Virus genome (UHGV): UHGV-0205610
Source of the DNA: a virus
Length of the DNA stretch: 43,268 nucleotides
Strand: one strand, 5' to 3'
In this document: positions 8,364 to 15,878 of the stretch, piece after piece
Position numbering within the stretch: position 1 is the stretch's first letter
Layout: each line of letters opens with the position of its first letter
Program-made: the position numbers and the translations under genes
Notes under the pieces: model-generated
Seen by the model: the letters and a program-made list of their open reading frames with translations, nothing else
Told to the model about the DNA's origin: nothing
The model's database searches: none

Positions 8364-9292
8364 TTCGGTTCTCCTTGTTTCGCAATGTATTGTTTCAGTT
8401 CCTCGACTTCTTCTGTTTTCAATTTCTTTCGTTTTGCATATTCAGTTAGAGTTAATCCAGAATCGAATTGCTTCTCACGAATGAACACTTCATACTGCAT
8501 AGCTACGTAACTCTCTGATCGTGGTTTCCTATTACCAGCAGGTTGTTTACTTTGCTTGTTAGCAGTTTTTATATCTTCGGATTTCACTTGTTTCACCGAT
8601 GTAAACTTTCGTTTTTCCCAGTCCTTTAGTATTGAATTGACATAGGAATATTTTCTGACATTATTGTCAATTGCTATTCCAAGAGCATGAATGATCATTT
8701 CTCCTGCATCTTCATCAGTAGCTCCGATATTTATTAAATCCTCCAGCCAATAAGCGAAGTCGGTAATTGTTTTGTGAGTGATGGAACCAAATCCATTATT
8801 TTCGTAGTAGTCGTGAATTTTTTTCTGTATTACTACTAACCTATCCTTACCTAACCTAACCTTACCTAACCTAACCTGTGTATCCATTTGGTATACCGGT
8901 TGGTTGTCAATTGGTATACCAACATTTTCATTTGGTTCTAAAACGTTGGTACTAAAGGTATAAGCCTTACTTTCTTTATCAGTCAGCATTGCTTTTTCTT
9001 CTTGATATAAGGTCGGCTTATACCTATCGTTGCGAATGTAGTTGTGGATTTTCCAATGCTTGATCACAATTACTCCACTCTCAAAAACTAAGATGAATTT
9101 CTTCGCCATCAAAAGCTTTAAATCATCATCCCCACATCCAACCATTCGTTGAATTTTCTTTGGATTATTTATAAAGCCATCATCATCAGCGCGCATAGAT
9201 AAATGAAAATATAAAGCTTGACTTGATAGCGGCATATCTAAAAAAGCATCACTATCGATAATTGTTTTTGCGAACATTCTGCGTTCTGCCAC
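8360..9292 (-). CDS. phage replisome organizer / replication initiation protein
   Basis: N-terminus MFAKTIIDSDAFLDMPLSSQALYFHLSMRADDDGF is typical of the phage replisome-organiser N-terminal domain. The gene contains DNA iterons (next feature). Confidence 0.7.
   Translation of the reverse strand: MAERRMFAKTIIDSDAFLDMPLSSQALYFHLSMRADDDGFINNPKKIQRMVGCGDDDLKLLMAKKFILVFESGVIVIKHWKIHNYIRNDRYKPTLYQEEKAMLTDKESKAYTFSTNVLEPNENVGIPIDNQPVYQMDTQVRLGKVRLGKDRLVVIQKKIHDYYENNGFGSITHKTITDFAYWLEDLINIGATDEDAGEMIIHALGIAIDNNVRKYSYVNSILKDWEKRKFTSVKQVKSEDIKTANKQSKQPAGNRKPRSESYVAMQYEVFIREKQFDSGLTLTEYAKRKKLKTEEVEELKQYIAKQGEPN
8837..8877. repeat. Iteron array: about 9 tandem pentamers (CTAAC/CTTAC/CTATC), i.e. 2x 15-bp TTACCTAACCTAACC; putative phage ori inside the replisome-organizer gene
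   Basis: Direct tandem repeats read off the sequence. They encode RLGKVRLGKDRL in the protein. Confidence 0.6.
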
Positions 9293-9293
9293 T

Positions 9294-9500
9294 TTATCCC
9301 TCCTGCAAAGCTCTTAACCAATATATTTTTCCGTCATCAGCTCGAACGAGTACATGGGGCTGACCGAATTTATCATAGGCTGTTTTTGCTTGAATACTTT
9401 TTATTTTTAGGGCTTTTCCATACCAGAAAAATGTTTCACCAACTGTATAACCTGATTTCTCAAAAACCATTCCTATCCCGCCCTTTCTGGCAATTGCCAA
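9294..9500 (-). CDS. hypothetical protein (68 aa)
   Basis: ORF with ATGGC start 1 nt after the replisome-organizer region. Confidence 0.4.
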   Translation of the reverse strand: MAIARKGGIGMVFEKSGYTVGETFFWYGKALKIKSIQAKTAYDKFGQPHVLVRADDGKIYWLRALQEG

Positions 9501-10225
9501 TCCTTTATTTCATAATCTGGGTTATCATCCAATTGTTTCATTTGCTTTTCGCTCATCAGTCCGAAGTCTAGAATTTGTTGATCAGAGAGTTTGATTGCTC
9601 CTACATGCCATTTTTGACAAAACTCGTCATATCCAAGTTGATGAATCTCATTGTGTAATTCGGCTCTAAGTATCATGTAATAGCGCCCACGATGATCAAC
9701 CTTAGAACGTTTTCCCATCCCGACGGCGTTTACGTGGTGTATGTGTAGCACCGCATCTTGTCGGCGTGCTTGAGTGACGAAACAACGGTTGTGAAGCGCC
9801 GACAAGAACATTTTTCTATTCATATCGTGAACTAGATATAAATCCTTTCCATCAAATGGAATGTCATAATGAAAACAGTATTCAACTAACCATGAGATAA
9901 ATTGTGTTGCTAAATCTTTGCTGCAATTCGATAATGAGAATAGTTTTTCATAAGGCAGTCCTCGATCAATACAAAACTTAATCTTTAGATCATCTTCGGT
10001 ATTTTGAATAAACCACTCATTATCCGTATAGCTATCAATGTCTCTAATCAACGCATGAGCGATTTTCTGTTGCGGGCGTGTTACTTTATTCGGATTGAAT
10101 GCTTGAGCCGTCAGCAACGTTTTACGTCGTTTGACGAGCAGTTCTAACTCTTCTTTACTGTCATCAATCGGTCGAACAACAAAGTCGCCGTTAGACTGCT
10201 TGCCTACGATTCTTATGTTCAACAT
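9473..10225 (-). CDS. hypothetical protein with His-rich (possibly HNH/metal-binding) motif
   Basis: 250-aa ORF; the segment LHIHHVNAVGMG...DHRGRYYMILRAELHNEIHQ looks like a metal/nuclease-type motif. Family not firmly recognised. Confidence 0.45.
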   Translation of the reverse strand: MLNIRIVGKQSNGDFVVRPIDDSKEELELLVKRRKTLLTAQAFNPNKVTRPQQKIAHALIRDIDSYTDNEWFIQNTEDDLKIKFCIDRGLPYEKLFSLSNCSKDLATQFISWLVEYCFHYDIPFDGKDLYLVHDMNRKMFLSALHNRCFVTQARRQDAVLHIHHVNAVGMGKRSKVDHRGRYYMILRAELHNEIHQLGYDEFCQKWHVGAIKLSDQQILDFGLMSEKQMKQLDDNPDYEIKDWQLPERAG

Positions 10226-10229
10226 TTCA

Positions 10230-11228
10230 TCACTCTCTTACAGGTGGTTTGTCCTTATCGAACAATTCTTCTTGTTTTACTTCTTCATCCTCTTTAGGAT
10301 CGTCAGCTTTAGGTTCTTCCGTTCTTTCAAGAATCCCTTTTAAATTTTTCAAACTCTTTATTGGTAAATCATCAATTCTTCTTCCGTTAGCTTTCCCCAT
10401 CATTTCATCGAAGACAGACTTTCTCGCTGATGATTCTTCAGACATGCCTATGATATCCATCACTAATTCCCGTCTCTGTTTTTCTAGATCGATTCCCTGA
10501 TCAGACCAATCATAAATTTTCCGTCCAGTTTCCAATGACACGTTAAACGGAAGATCAAACATATTAGAGTTATCTTTCGTTGCTTCGGCAATATGGTCTT
10601 GATCCATCCTCAATGCAATAGCGAATTCATATTCAAGGGCATCTTTTTGGTCTGGCTTAAGCCCCATTTTTACTATCTTCGTTTTACCTTTTTCATCCTT
10701 ATCGAAATCATAGGCTTGTTTGCTTCGAGATGTAGCAATCACATAAACTGAGTTGCCAGTCACTAGTTTAAGAAATTCTTTTTCCAGTGGTTTTACTTTC
10801 GCCCAAGCCTGCATATTTTTACTTGAATTACCTTTGGTAAAACTTTCTACTTGTTCCAAAATCCCGCCTTCACCGCTCCAAGCGTGAGAAATTGAATCAA
10901 TTATCACTACTTCGATGCCTTCAGCTTTCATTAACCGAAATGCCTGAATATAATTGTTCACTGTGTATGGAGGCTCAAAGTCCAAGTGTAAGAATTCTCC
11001 GATATATACACCAGCCACAGTGGACTCTGCATATAAAAGTGCTCTCTTATGTTCCGTATCAATAACCCCGATTTTCAACCACTGTTCCTCGTCTGATAAA
11101 TCGGGATACATTTTTTCAACGATCCCTTTTGCAATTAAAAGAGCTGATACTGTTTTTCCGCTGCCGCTTGCTCCAGTGATCATAATGGGAACTTTTAGCT
11201 TTTCCCGCTTCGCCTTTTTAACTTCCAT
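10230..11228 (-). CDS. AAA-family (RecA-like, Sak4/AAA_24-like) ATPase
   Basis: Walker A ITGASGSGKT, Walker B-like VVIIDSIS. Position between a Gam-like gene and ssb is typical of phage single-strand-annealing/recombination modules. Confidence 0.7.
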   Translation of the reverse strand: MEVKKAKREKLKVPIMITGASGSGKTVSALLIAKGIVEKMYPDLSDEEQWLKIGVIDTEHKRALLYAESTVAGVYIGEFLHLDFEPPYTVNNYIQAFRLMKAEGIEVVIIDSISHAWSGEGGILEQVESFTKGNSSKNMQAWAKVKPLEKEFLKLVTGNSVYVIATSRSKQAYDFDKDEKGKTKIVKMGLKPDQKDALEYEFAIALRMDQDHIAEATKDNSNMFDLPFNVSLETGRKIYDWSDQGIDLEKQRRELVMDIIGMSEESSARKSVFDEMMGKANGRRIDDLPIKSLKNLKGILERTEEPKADDPKEDEEVKQEELFDKDKPPVRE

Positions 11229-11229
11229 G

Positions 11230-11769
11230 CTATTTTTCCACCTTTACGGATAATTTTTCGCCTTGCGGAATAACCTTAACCGCTTCAATTACTTCACCGT
11301 CACTATTTACAATTCGTCCACCTTCAAGAACCGATACCGATTTCTTAAATGCTGCTTTATCAACTTCTTCATTAATCCTCACGTATTCAGTCATCCCTAA
11401 TTTTTTCAACTCTGCAACAGCCTCTGAAGAGTATTCCCATTTATCGGGAACTTTCCTTGTCCCAACTGTTCCATGTGGCGTTTTGATTCGAGCTTTAGGA
11501 TCATCTTTCCGTAATTTATTTAAGTATTCACTTAGCTTCTTTTCGAAAAAACTGATTCTCTCGTTATTACTTTCGGTTTCTTTTGTCTCCCAACTCGCGA
11601 TTCTTTCTCGTTCCAAATCAGCGAACTTCTTAATTTCATCATTTTGACTTTGAAGAGCTGAAATTTTTCTTAGTGCCCAATCTGCGCCACCGATATCATC
11701 GATGGTCCATCCTTCTACTGAAGTTTGCTCCAAATCTTCTAATTCATATTTTTCTAAGATGTTCATCAT
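11230..11769 (-). CDS. Mu Gam-like host-nuclease inhibitor protein (tentative)
   Basis: About 179 aa with a coiled-coil N-terminal half and a KTPHGTVGTRKVPDKW segment resembling the conserved h.HG.vgfRk.p motif of Gam-family proteins. Confidence 0.45.
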   Translation of the reverse strand: MMNILEKYELEDLEQTSVEGWTIDDIGGADWALRKISALQSQNDEIKKFADLERERIASWETKETESNNERISFFEKKLSEYLNKLRKDDPKARIKTPHGTVGTRKVPDKWEYSSEAVAELKKLGMTEYVRINEEVDKAAFKKSVSVLEGGRIVNSDGEVIEAVKVIPQGEKLSVKVEK

Positions 11770-11852
11770 CCTTACCCTCCAATTTCAGTCCGCAAATCGA
11801 ACAAAACTTATGATCGTCTTTGATACGTTCGTTTCTACATCTTGGGCATTTT

Positions 11853-12191
11853 CTATTCACAAGCTAACGTCCCTTCTATTTTCTTTCGAAGATACTCTTT
11901 GCCTTCGATAGCAAAGCTGTAATCTTGATATTCAATGCCGACATCATCAATTAATTCCACATAGTTATCAATCGTCACATATTTCGCGAACGTAATTGTT
12001 GTTAAGCAATCATTTGCTACTTTTCGTTTCTTAAAAACTACTTTCATAACTAAATCATCCGGCAATACTTGAGTGCCAAAATCATCATACATATAGTCAT
12101 ATTCTGATTTATCATTTTTAATTTGCGTCTGATTAACATTCGTAAAAACATGATTATCAGGATCTGATATTGCTTTATCGTAATCAAACAT
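11853..12191 (-). CDS. hypothetical protein (112 aa)
   Basis: ORF. Confidence 0.4.
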   Translation of the reverse strand: MFDYDKAISDPDNHVFTNVNQTQIKNDKSEYDYMYDDFGTQVLPDDLVMKVVFKKRKVANDCLTTITFAKYVTIDNYVELIDDVGIEYQDYSFAIEGKEYLRKKIEGTLACE

Positions 12192-12396
12192 GGTATATTC
12201 TCCTTGAAAATAAAATATTGTTTGCTCACTAATTGCTTGCCGGCGTAGTGAGCTTTTTTTGTTCCCAAGCTTTTCTTCGCTCGATGTTCTGTTTTGCTAG
12301 AATCGTTGACTCGTTATGATGCCACCATCGATCAGCAATGATTTTCCCAATTTGTAATGCTTCTTTTTTACTCATACTCTCCTCACCCCTTTCAAT

Positions 12397-12406
12397 TTGA
12401 TATAAT
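12397..12406 (+). promoter_or_regulatory. Extended -10 promoter element TTGATATAAT upstream of the plus-strand moron 12421..12852
   Basis: TGATATAAT matches the TGnTATAAT extended -10. The same decamer recurs at 14674..14683. Confidence 0.45.
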
Positions 12407-12420
12407 GGTTTAAAAACTGG

Positions 12421-12852
12421 ATGGTGATTTTTTTGAAACTAGATTTATCATTTACAATTACAGCGATCATTGCACTTTGTGCACTAATTACCCCCTTGTT
12501 AACGACTTATTTAAACAACTCACATCAACGAAAATTGAGAGAATTAGAATTCCATCAACAGGAGCAAACTCAAGATTTTTTATATGTCCGTGAAAAAATG
12601 GATAGCTATCTCGAAACAGTTGGGCAATTTATTGGAAGTGGCACAACCATCAATCAAGCTGCTTTCGAAGAAGCTCATTTTTCTTTATTGCCTATCATTC
12701 CAATTGAAATGATCCCGATATTCGAACAATTCTATAAAACATTAATTGTCGAGCATAACTTGCAAAAGACTAGAGATGATCTTCATAAAGTCATTATTCC
12801 CTTTTTAAAATCCATAAAAATGGGCCCAGCTCCAAAGACAGAAAACAATTAA
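12421..12852 (+). CDS. hypothetical membrane protein (moron, opposite strand to the early operon)
   Basis: 143-aa ORF with a hydrophobic N-terminal helix (ITAIIALCALITPLLTTYL) and an own promoter. Confidence 0.5.
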   Translation: MVIFLKLDLSFTITAIIALCALITPLLTTYLNNSHQRKLRELEFHQQEQTQDFLYVREKMDSYLETVGQFIGSGTTINQAAFEEAHFSLLPIIPIEMIPIFEQFYKTLIVEHNLQKTRDDLHKVIIPFLKSIKMGPAPKTENN

Positions 12853-12968
12853 AATGAGAAGAGCGTAATACTTGTACCAATAATTCTTCGAGGCTATCCT
12901 CATCATTAGCATTATGCATACTAATGTTATGAAACATGAAATAAATAATATAGATGGAAAAATCATTA

Positions 12969-13121
12969 TTAGTCAGCCCCCTCGGTTGGCTTTTTCTTTT
13001 CCCATCCAATTGCTAGGAGAAAGATTCCGATATAGCCGTATGCTGCCAACATACTAAATTTTGAAAAAACTGGGATAGCTAACATGCAGATGATCGTTGT
13101 TGCTAAGTTGATTTGTTTCAT
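12969..13121 (-). CDS. small hydrophobic protein (about 50 aa), not in the ORF track
   Basis: Translates as MKQINLATTIICMLAIPVFSKFSMLAAYGYIGIFLLAIGWEKKKPTEGAD. AGAGGAA RBS 6 nt upstream. Starts 16 nt downstream of the Rha gene stop. Confidence 0.4.
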   Translation of the reverse strand: MKQINLATTIICMLAIPVFSKFSMLAAYGYIGIFLLAIGWEKKKPTEGAD

Positions 13122-13136
13122 TTCCTCTATTCCTTC

Positions 13137-13850
13137 CTATGCAGTTTCTAAATTCAAGCTCATTTGTCGCACTTGCATCTTTGTTGCTGTGGACGGTTCC
13201 CAATCATTGATGAAATCTAAGACTGTTTCATAGTGTCTGTTTCGTAACTGAGTTCTTGTTGATACTCCAGTTACTGCTTTAACACCTGAATTGATATCTT
13301 TATGGAGTTTTCCTCGTTGTTCTTGAGTAAGTTTTCCAAATCCTCTGGCAACTTCCGAAACTCGTTGATTGATTCGACGACTGATATATCCGTAATCGCC
13401 AGCGCTGAGCACCGTGTTCTCTTCTAAATCAGCAACACGAGTGTCTAGTTCATCAACACGCTGATTCGTTTCTTCGCCAGCGGATAAAGCTAGTAACGCC
13501 AAATCTCTTGGTGTTGATGGGATTTTCACTTGTTGCTTGATGTGTTCCTCCATTTGATCGAACGCGTCGATGTATTTCAATTTGAACGAATCTGCTTTGC
13601 GCCCTGAAAAGCCAACTGCAATAAAAGTCCAACCGGCACGATTCATGTAGTACATTTTTTGTTTTCTTCCACGAGAATCTACATAAGAACCTAAAGCAAA
13701 CATCTTTTTGTAATGAGCTGAATTTTCAGCCGATTGAATTTTGGCTTCAATTGCTTGTATTACATTCTTGTGTTCTTTCTCAAAACTTTCTGCCAAGTTC
13801 AAACTTGTCGTGACCGCTTGACGATCCTTCATGATTACTAAATCTTTCAT
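13137..13850 (-). CDS. Rha-family phage regulatory protein / antirepressor
   Basis: N-terminus MKDLVIMKDRQAVTTSLNLAESFEKEHKNVIQAIE is the typical Rha N-terminal domain. AAGGAGG RBS. Confidence 0.8.
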   Translation of the reverse strand: MKDLVIMKDRQAVTTSLNLAESFEKEHKNVIQAIEAKIQSAENSAHYKKMFALGSYVDSRGRKQKMYYMNRAGWTFIAVGFSGRKADSFKLKYIDAFDQMEEHIKQQVKIPSTPRDLALLALSAGEETNQRVDELDTRVADLEENTVLSAGDYGYISRRINQRVSEVARGFGKLTQEQRGKLHKDINSGVKAVTGVSTRTQLRNRHYETVLDFINDWEPSTATKMQVRQMSLNLETA

Positions 13851-13881
13851 TTTTTTGTTCCTCCTTACTGTTAACTCTTTG

Positions 13882-13890
13882 TGTTATAAT
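13882..13890 (+). promoter_or_regulatory. Extended -10 (TGTTATAAT) for the NDT-like moron
   Basis: TGnTATAAT match 30 nt upstream of ATG 13920; GAGG RBS at 13906-13909. Confidence 0.45.
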
Positions 13891-13919
13891 TTATAAAAAC
13901 GAAATGAGGTAAATTCATT

Positions 13920-14411
13920 ATGGATACTCTTAAAAAGTGTTTTTTCATCACTCCAATGGGTAAGAAAGATTCTGAAAGCGATTTGCGTTCAAAACAAATT
14001 ATTAAGAATCTGAATCAGCTGTTCGCTAAAAATGATGTTTTTATCAAAATTCAAAGAACCGATCAATATAATCGAACTGGTGTAATGACCGATAATATCC
14101 ATAACCAAATTAAAGAATCTGATTTGGTTATTGCTGACTTAACTCGCAATAATCCAAACGTGGCATACGAGCTTGGGTATGCGAATGCCTTCAACAAACC
14201 AATTATCCAAATTTGTTCAACTGACGCCTTTCAATTGTCTTCCGATTGGCGCCACATCTACACGCTGGACTATAATTTGGAAAATGAATGTGCTAATTTT
14301 CAGTTCGAACAAGAACTTCTGGGGGTTATCAAGGGAATCAATTTCGACCCCAATTACACTCCCGTAACTCCTACTCTAGGATTTGTAAGTATAGGAGATA
14401 CTGATGATTAA
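13920..14411 (+). CDS. nucleoside 2-deoxyribosyltransferase-like (NDT / TIR-like Rossmannoid) protein, moron
   Basis: 163 aa. CFFITPMG (beta1, compare the NDT YLAGP element), DLVIADLT, and NPNVAYELGYANAFNKPII closely matching the NDT catalytic-Glu motif (GTAFEIGYA..GKPV). Plus strand inside the minus-strand early operon, with its own promoter. Confidence 0.5.
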   Translation: MDTLKKCFFITPMGKKDSESDLRSKQIIKNLNQLFAKNDVFIKIQRTDQYNRTGVMTDNIHNQIKESDLVIADLTRNNPNVAYELGYANAFNKPIIQICSTDAFQLSSDWRHIYTLDYNLENECANFQFEQELLGVIKGINFDPNYTPVTPTLGFVSIGDTDD

Positions 14412-14635
14412 CCGCGATCGACAATTCCTTTAGCGTACCCTTGTAAATAGCTTATTTGTACACCTAAGTTGGAACGTTCTTTATCAGTCATTCCACTTTT
14501 TTCTCCTAAGCCATTCAAATAAAAACAAATACCAACTAATAGATTCATACAATCCTCTACAGAAGCATCATTTTCTTTCAAAAAATGTTCAGCTTCTGTT
14601 TTGCTTTTTAATACTTTTTTGTTAAATTCTGTCAT
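14408..14635 (-). CDS. hypothetical early protein (75 aa)
   Basis: ORF; its stop overlaps the stop of the convergent NDT-like gene (shared TTAA). Confidence 0.45.
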   Translation of the reverse strand: MTEFNKKVLKSKTEAEHFLKENDASVEDCMNLLVGICFYLNGLGEKSGMTDKERSNLGVQISYLQGYAKGIVDRG

Positions 14636-14673
14636 TTTGTTACCTCCTTTGTTTTTTGTTCATCCCACCTCGT

Positions 14674-14683
14674 TTGATATAAT
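14674..14683 (+). promoter_or_regulatory. Extended -10 promoter element TTGATATAAT for the small plus-strand ORF
   Basis: Identical decamer to 12397..12406. GGAGG RBS at 14695-14699; ATG at 14707. Confidence 0.45.
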
Positions 14684-14706
14684 CAGACTGATTGGAGGTG
14701 AAAAGT

Positions 14707-14868
14707 ATGAGTGTTGATGCTGAAAAATTTGCTCAATCTGTAGTTTCTTCTTCTGACTCAAAACTTGATCTACAGGAAAAATTAAACATGTATATCGAAG
14801 CTAAGAAACTTGCAGAGAAATTTAACCAGCGTGATGAGAATAATTCGAGTACGTTTATACCTTACTAA
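14707..14868 (+). CDS. small plus-strand ORF (53 aa) with own promoter, RBS and terminator
   Basis: Translates as MSVDAEKFAQSVVSSSDSKLDLQEKLNMYIEAKKLAEKFNQRDENNSSTFIPY. Hairpin AAACTGCTGCAACAGTTT plus T-run at 14904-14935. Not in the ORF track (<60 aa). Confidence 0.35.
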   Translation: MSVDAEKFAQSVVSSSDSKLDLQEKLNMYIEAKKLAEKFNQRDENNSSTFIPY

Positions 14869-15092
14869 CTATTAAGAACCTTCATCGACTCGATAAGCCC
14901 TGAAACTGCTGCAACAGTTTTTGGGTTTTTCTTTTTCTTAGCGTAATCAATTACCTCTGCTAGATATTCGTTTAGAGCTACTACATTTTCTCTGTCAATT
15001 AACGAGGTAACCCGATTACCATTGCTTAACAAGTTCAATTCTTTGTCATTTTCTTTTTCCATCCTCTTCACCTCCTCGTGTAGTTGGTTCAT
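14865..15092 (-). CDS. hypothetical early protein (about 75 aa)
   Basis: The ORF track gives 14865..15170. The internal ATG (MNQLHEEVKRMEK...) is preceded by AAGGAGG, so the start is probably 15092. Confidence 0.45.
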   Translation of the reverse strand: MNQLHEEVKRMEKENDKELNLLSNGNRVTSLIDRENVVALNEYLAEVIDYAKKKKNPKTVAAVSGLIESMKVLNS

Positions 15093-15388
15093 TTTGTTGC
15101 CTCCTTGCTTTTTATGTTGTTTTGTATACAAAATTCTAACCAGCATTCCCGAATCTCTGGATACTTCCAAAGCCGCTTAGTTGTTGGTGAACATTCCAAA
15201 GCTTGTACATCCGGAGTATTAATAAAATTTTTTTCTAAATATGTCACACTGTGACTCGTGATTTGTACTAACTTGTTAATATCGATGGTTGCGAACAGAA
15301 TTTCTTTCGGCATTAACTTTTTTACTTCGTCACGGATACACTCTTTCGCATACTCTACTGGATCAAATAGGTTTGGCTGTTCTAACAT
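15089..15388 (-). CDS. hypothetical early protein (99 aa)
   Basis: ORF immediately downstream of the Cro-like gene. Confidence 0.45.
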   Translation of the reverse strand: MLEQPNLFDPVEYAKECIRDEVKKLMPKEILFATIDINKLVQITSHSVTYLEKNFINTPDVQALECSPTTKRLWKYPEIRECWLEFCIQNNIKSKEATK

Positions 15389-15400
15389 ATTAACCCCCTC

Positions 15401-15577
15401 CTATTCCAAGTCCAAAGCAGCCTTGATTTCTTTGATTTTCTCTTTCGGACTTCGTTTTCCATTCATAATGTCAGACATATAAGCAGTTGAAATATTTAAC
15501 TGCTTAGCTAACCAAGCTTGATTCTTTCCTTTCTTTACCAACGCTATTTTGATTTGCGTAATTAAATCTTGCGACAT
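15401..15577 (-). CDS. Cro-like XRE-family HTH regulator (58 aa), not in the ORF track
   Basis: Translates as MSQDLITQIKIALVKKGKNQAWLAKQLNISTAYMSDIMNGKRSPKEKIKEIKAALDLE, with a classic HTH (QAWLAKQLNISTAYMSDI). GGAAGGAGAG RBS. Divergent from the CI-like repressor. Confidence 0.7.
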   Translation of the reverse strand: MSQDLITQIKIALVKKGKNQAWLAKQLNISTAYMSDIMNGKRSPKEKIKEIKAALDLE

Positions 15578-15878
15578 CAATAATCACTCTCCTTCCCTAT
15601 TTTTTGTAAGCTAATAAAATTAGCTAATATGGGTTGATATTTTTATGCAAATGTTTTAGAATGAGTTCATAGCTAAATAAGCCTAGAACGAACCTATTAA
15701 AACAACATTCTTAGTTTGGCGACATCGAATTGTTTATTTTTATTAGGTGTATTTCTTATTGCTTGTTTGCTTATTGAATTAGCTTACACAACATATATTA
15801 AAACATATGCATAAATTAGTCAATGATTTTTACCCATTTGTTTTAATGTATTTGTTAAGCGGTGAGGAGAATGCCGTA
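15578..15878. promoter_or_regulatory. Lysis/lysogeny switch region with repeated ATTAGCT/AGCTAAT operator half-sites
   Basis: Near-palindrome AGCTAATAAAATTAGCT at 15609..15625. Further half-sites at 15671..15676 and 15779..15784. TTGATA...TAGAAT promoter-like elements. AT-rich. Confidence 0.5.

Noticed and set aside
8837-8877. Tandem repeats considered as a possible CRISPR array
   Set aside because: Pentamer repeats with no spacers, inside a coding sequence and in frame; consistent with iterons, not CRISPR.
12794-13009. 71-aa minus-strand ORF between the small hydrophobic peptide and the plus-strand membrane moron
   Set aside because: Overlaps both neighbours, AT-rich low-complexity translation, no RBS; probably spurious.
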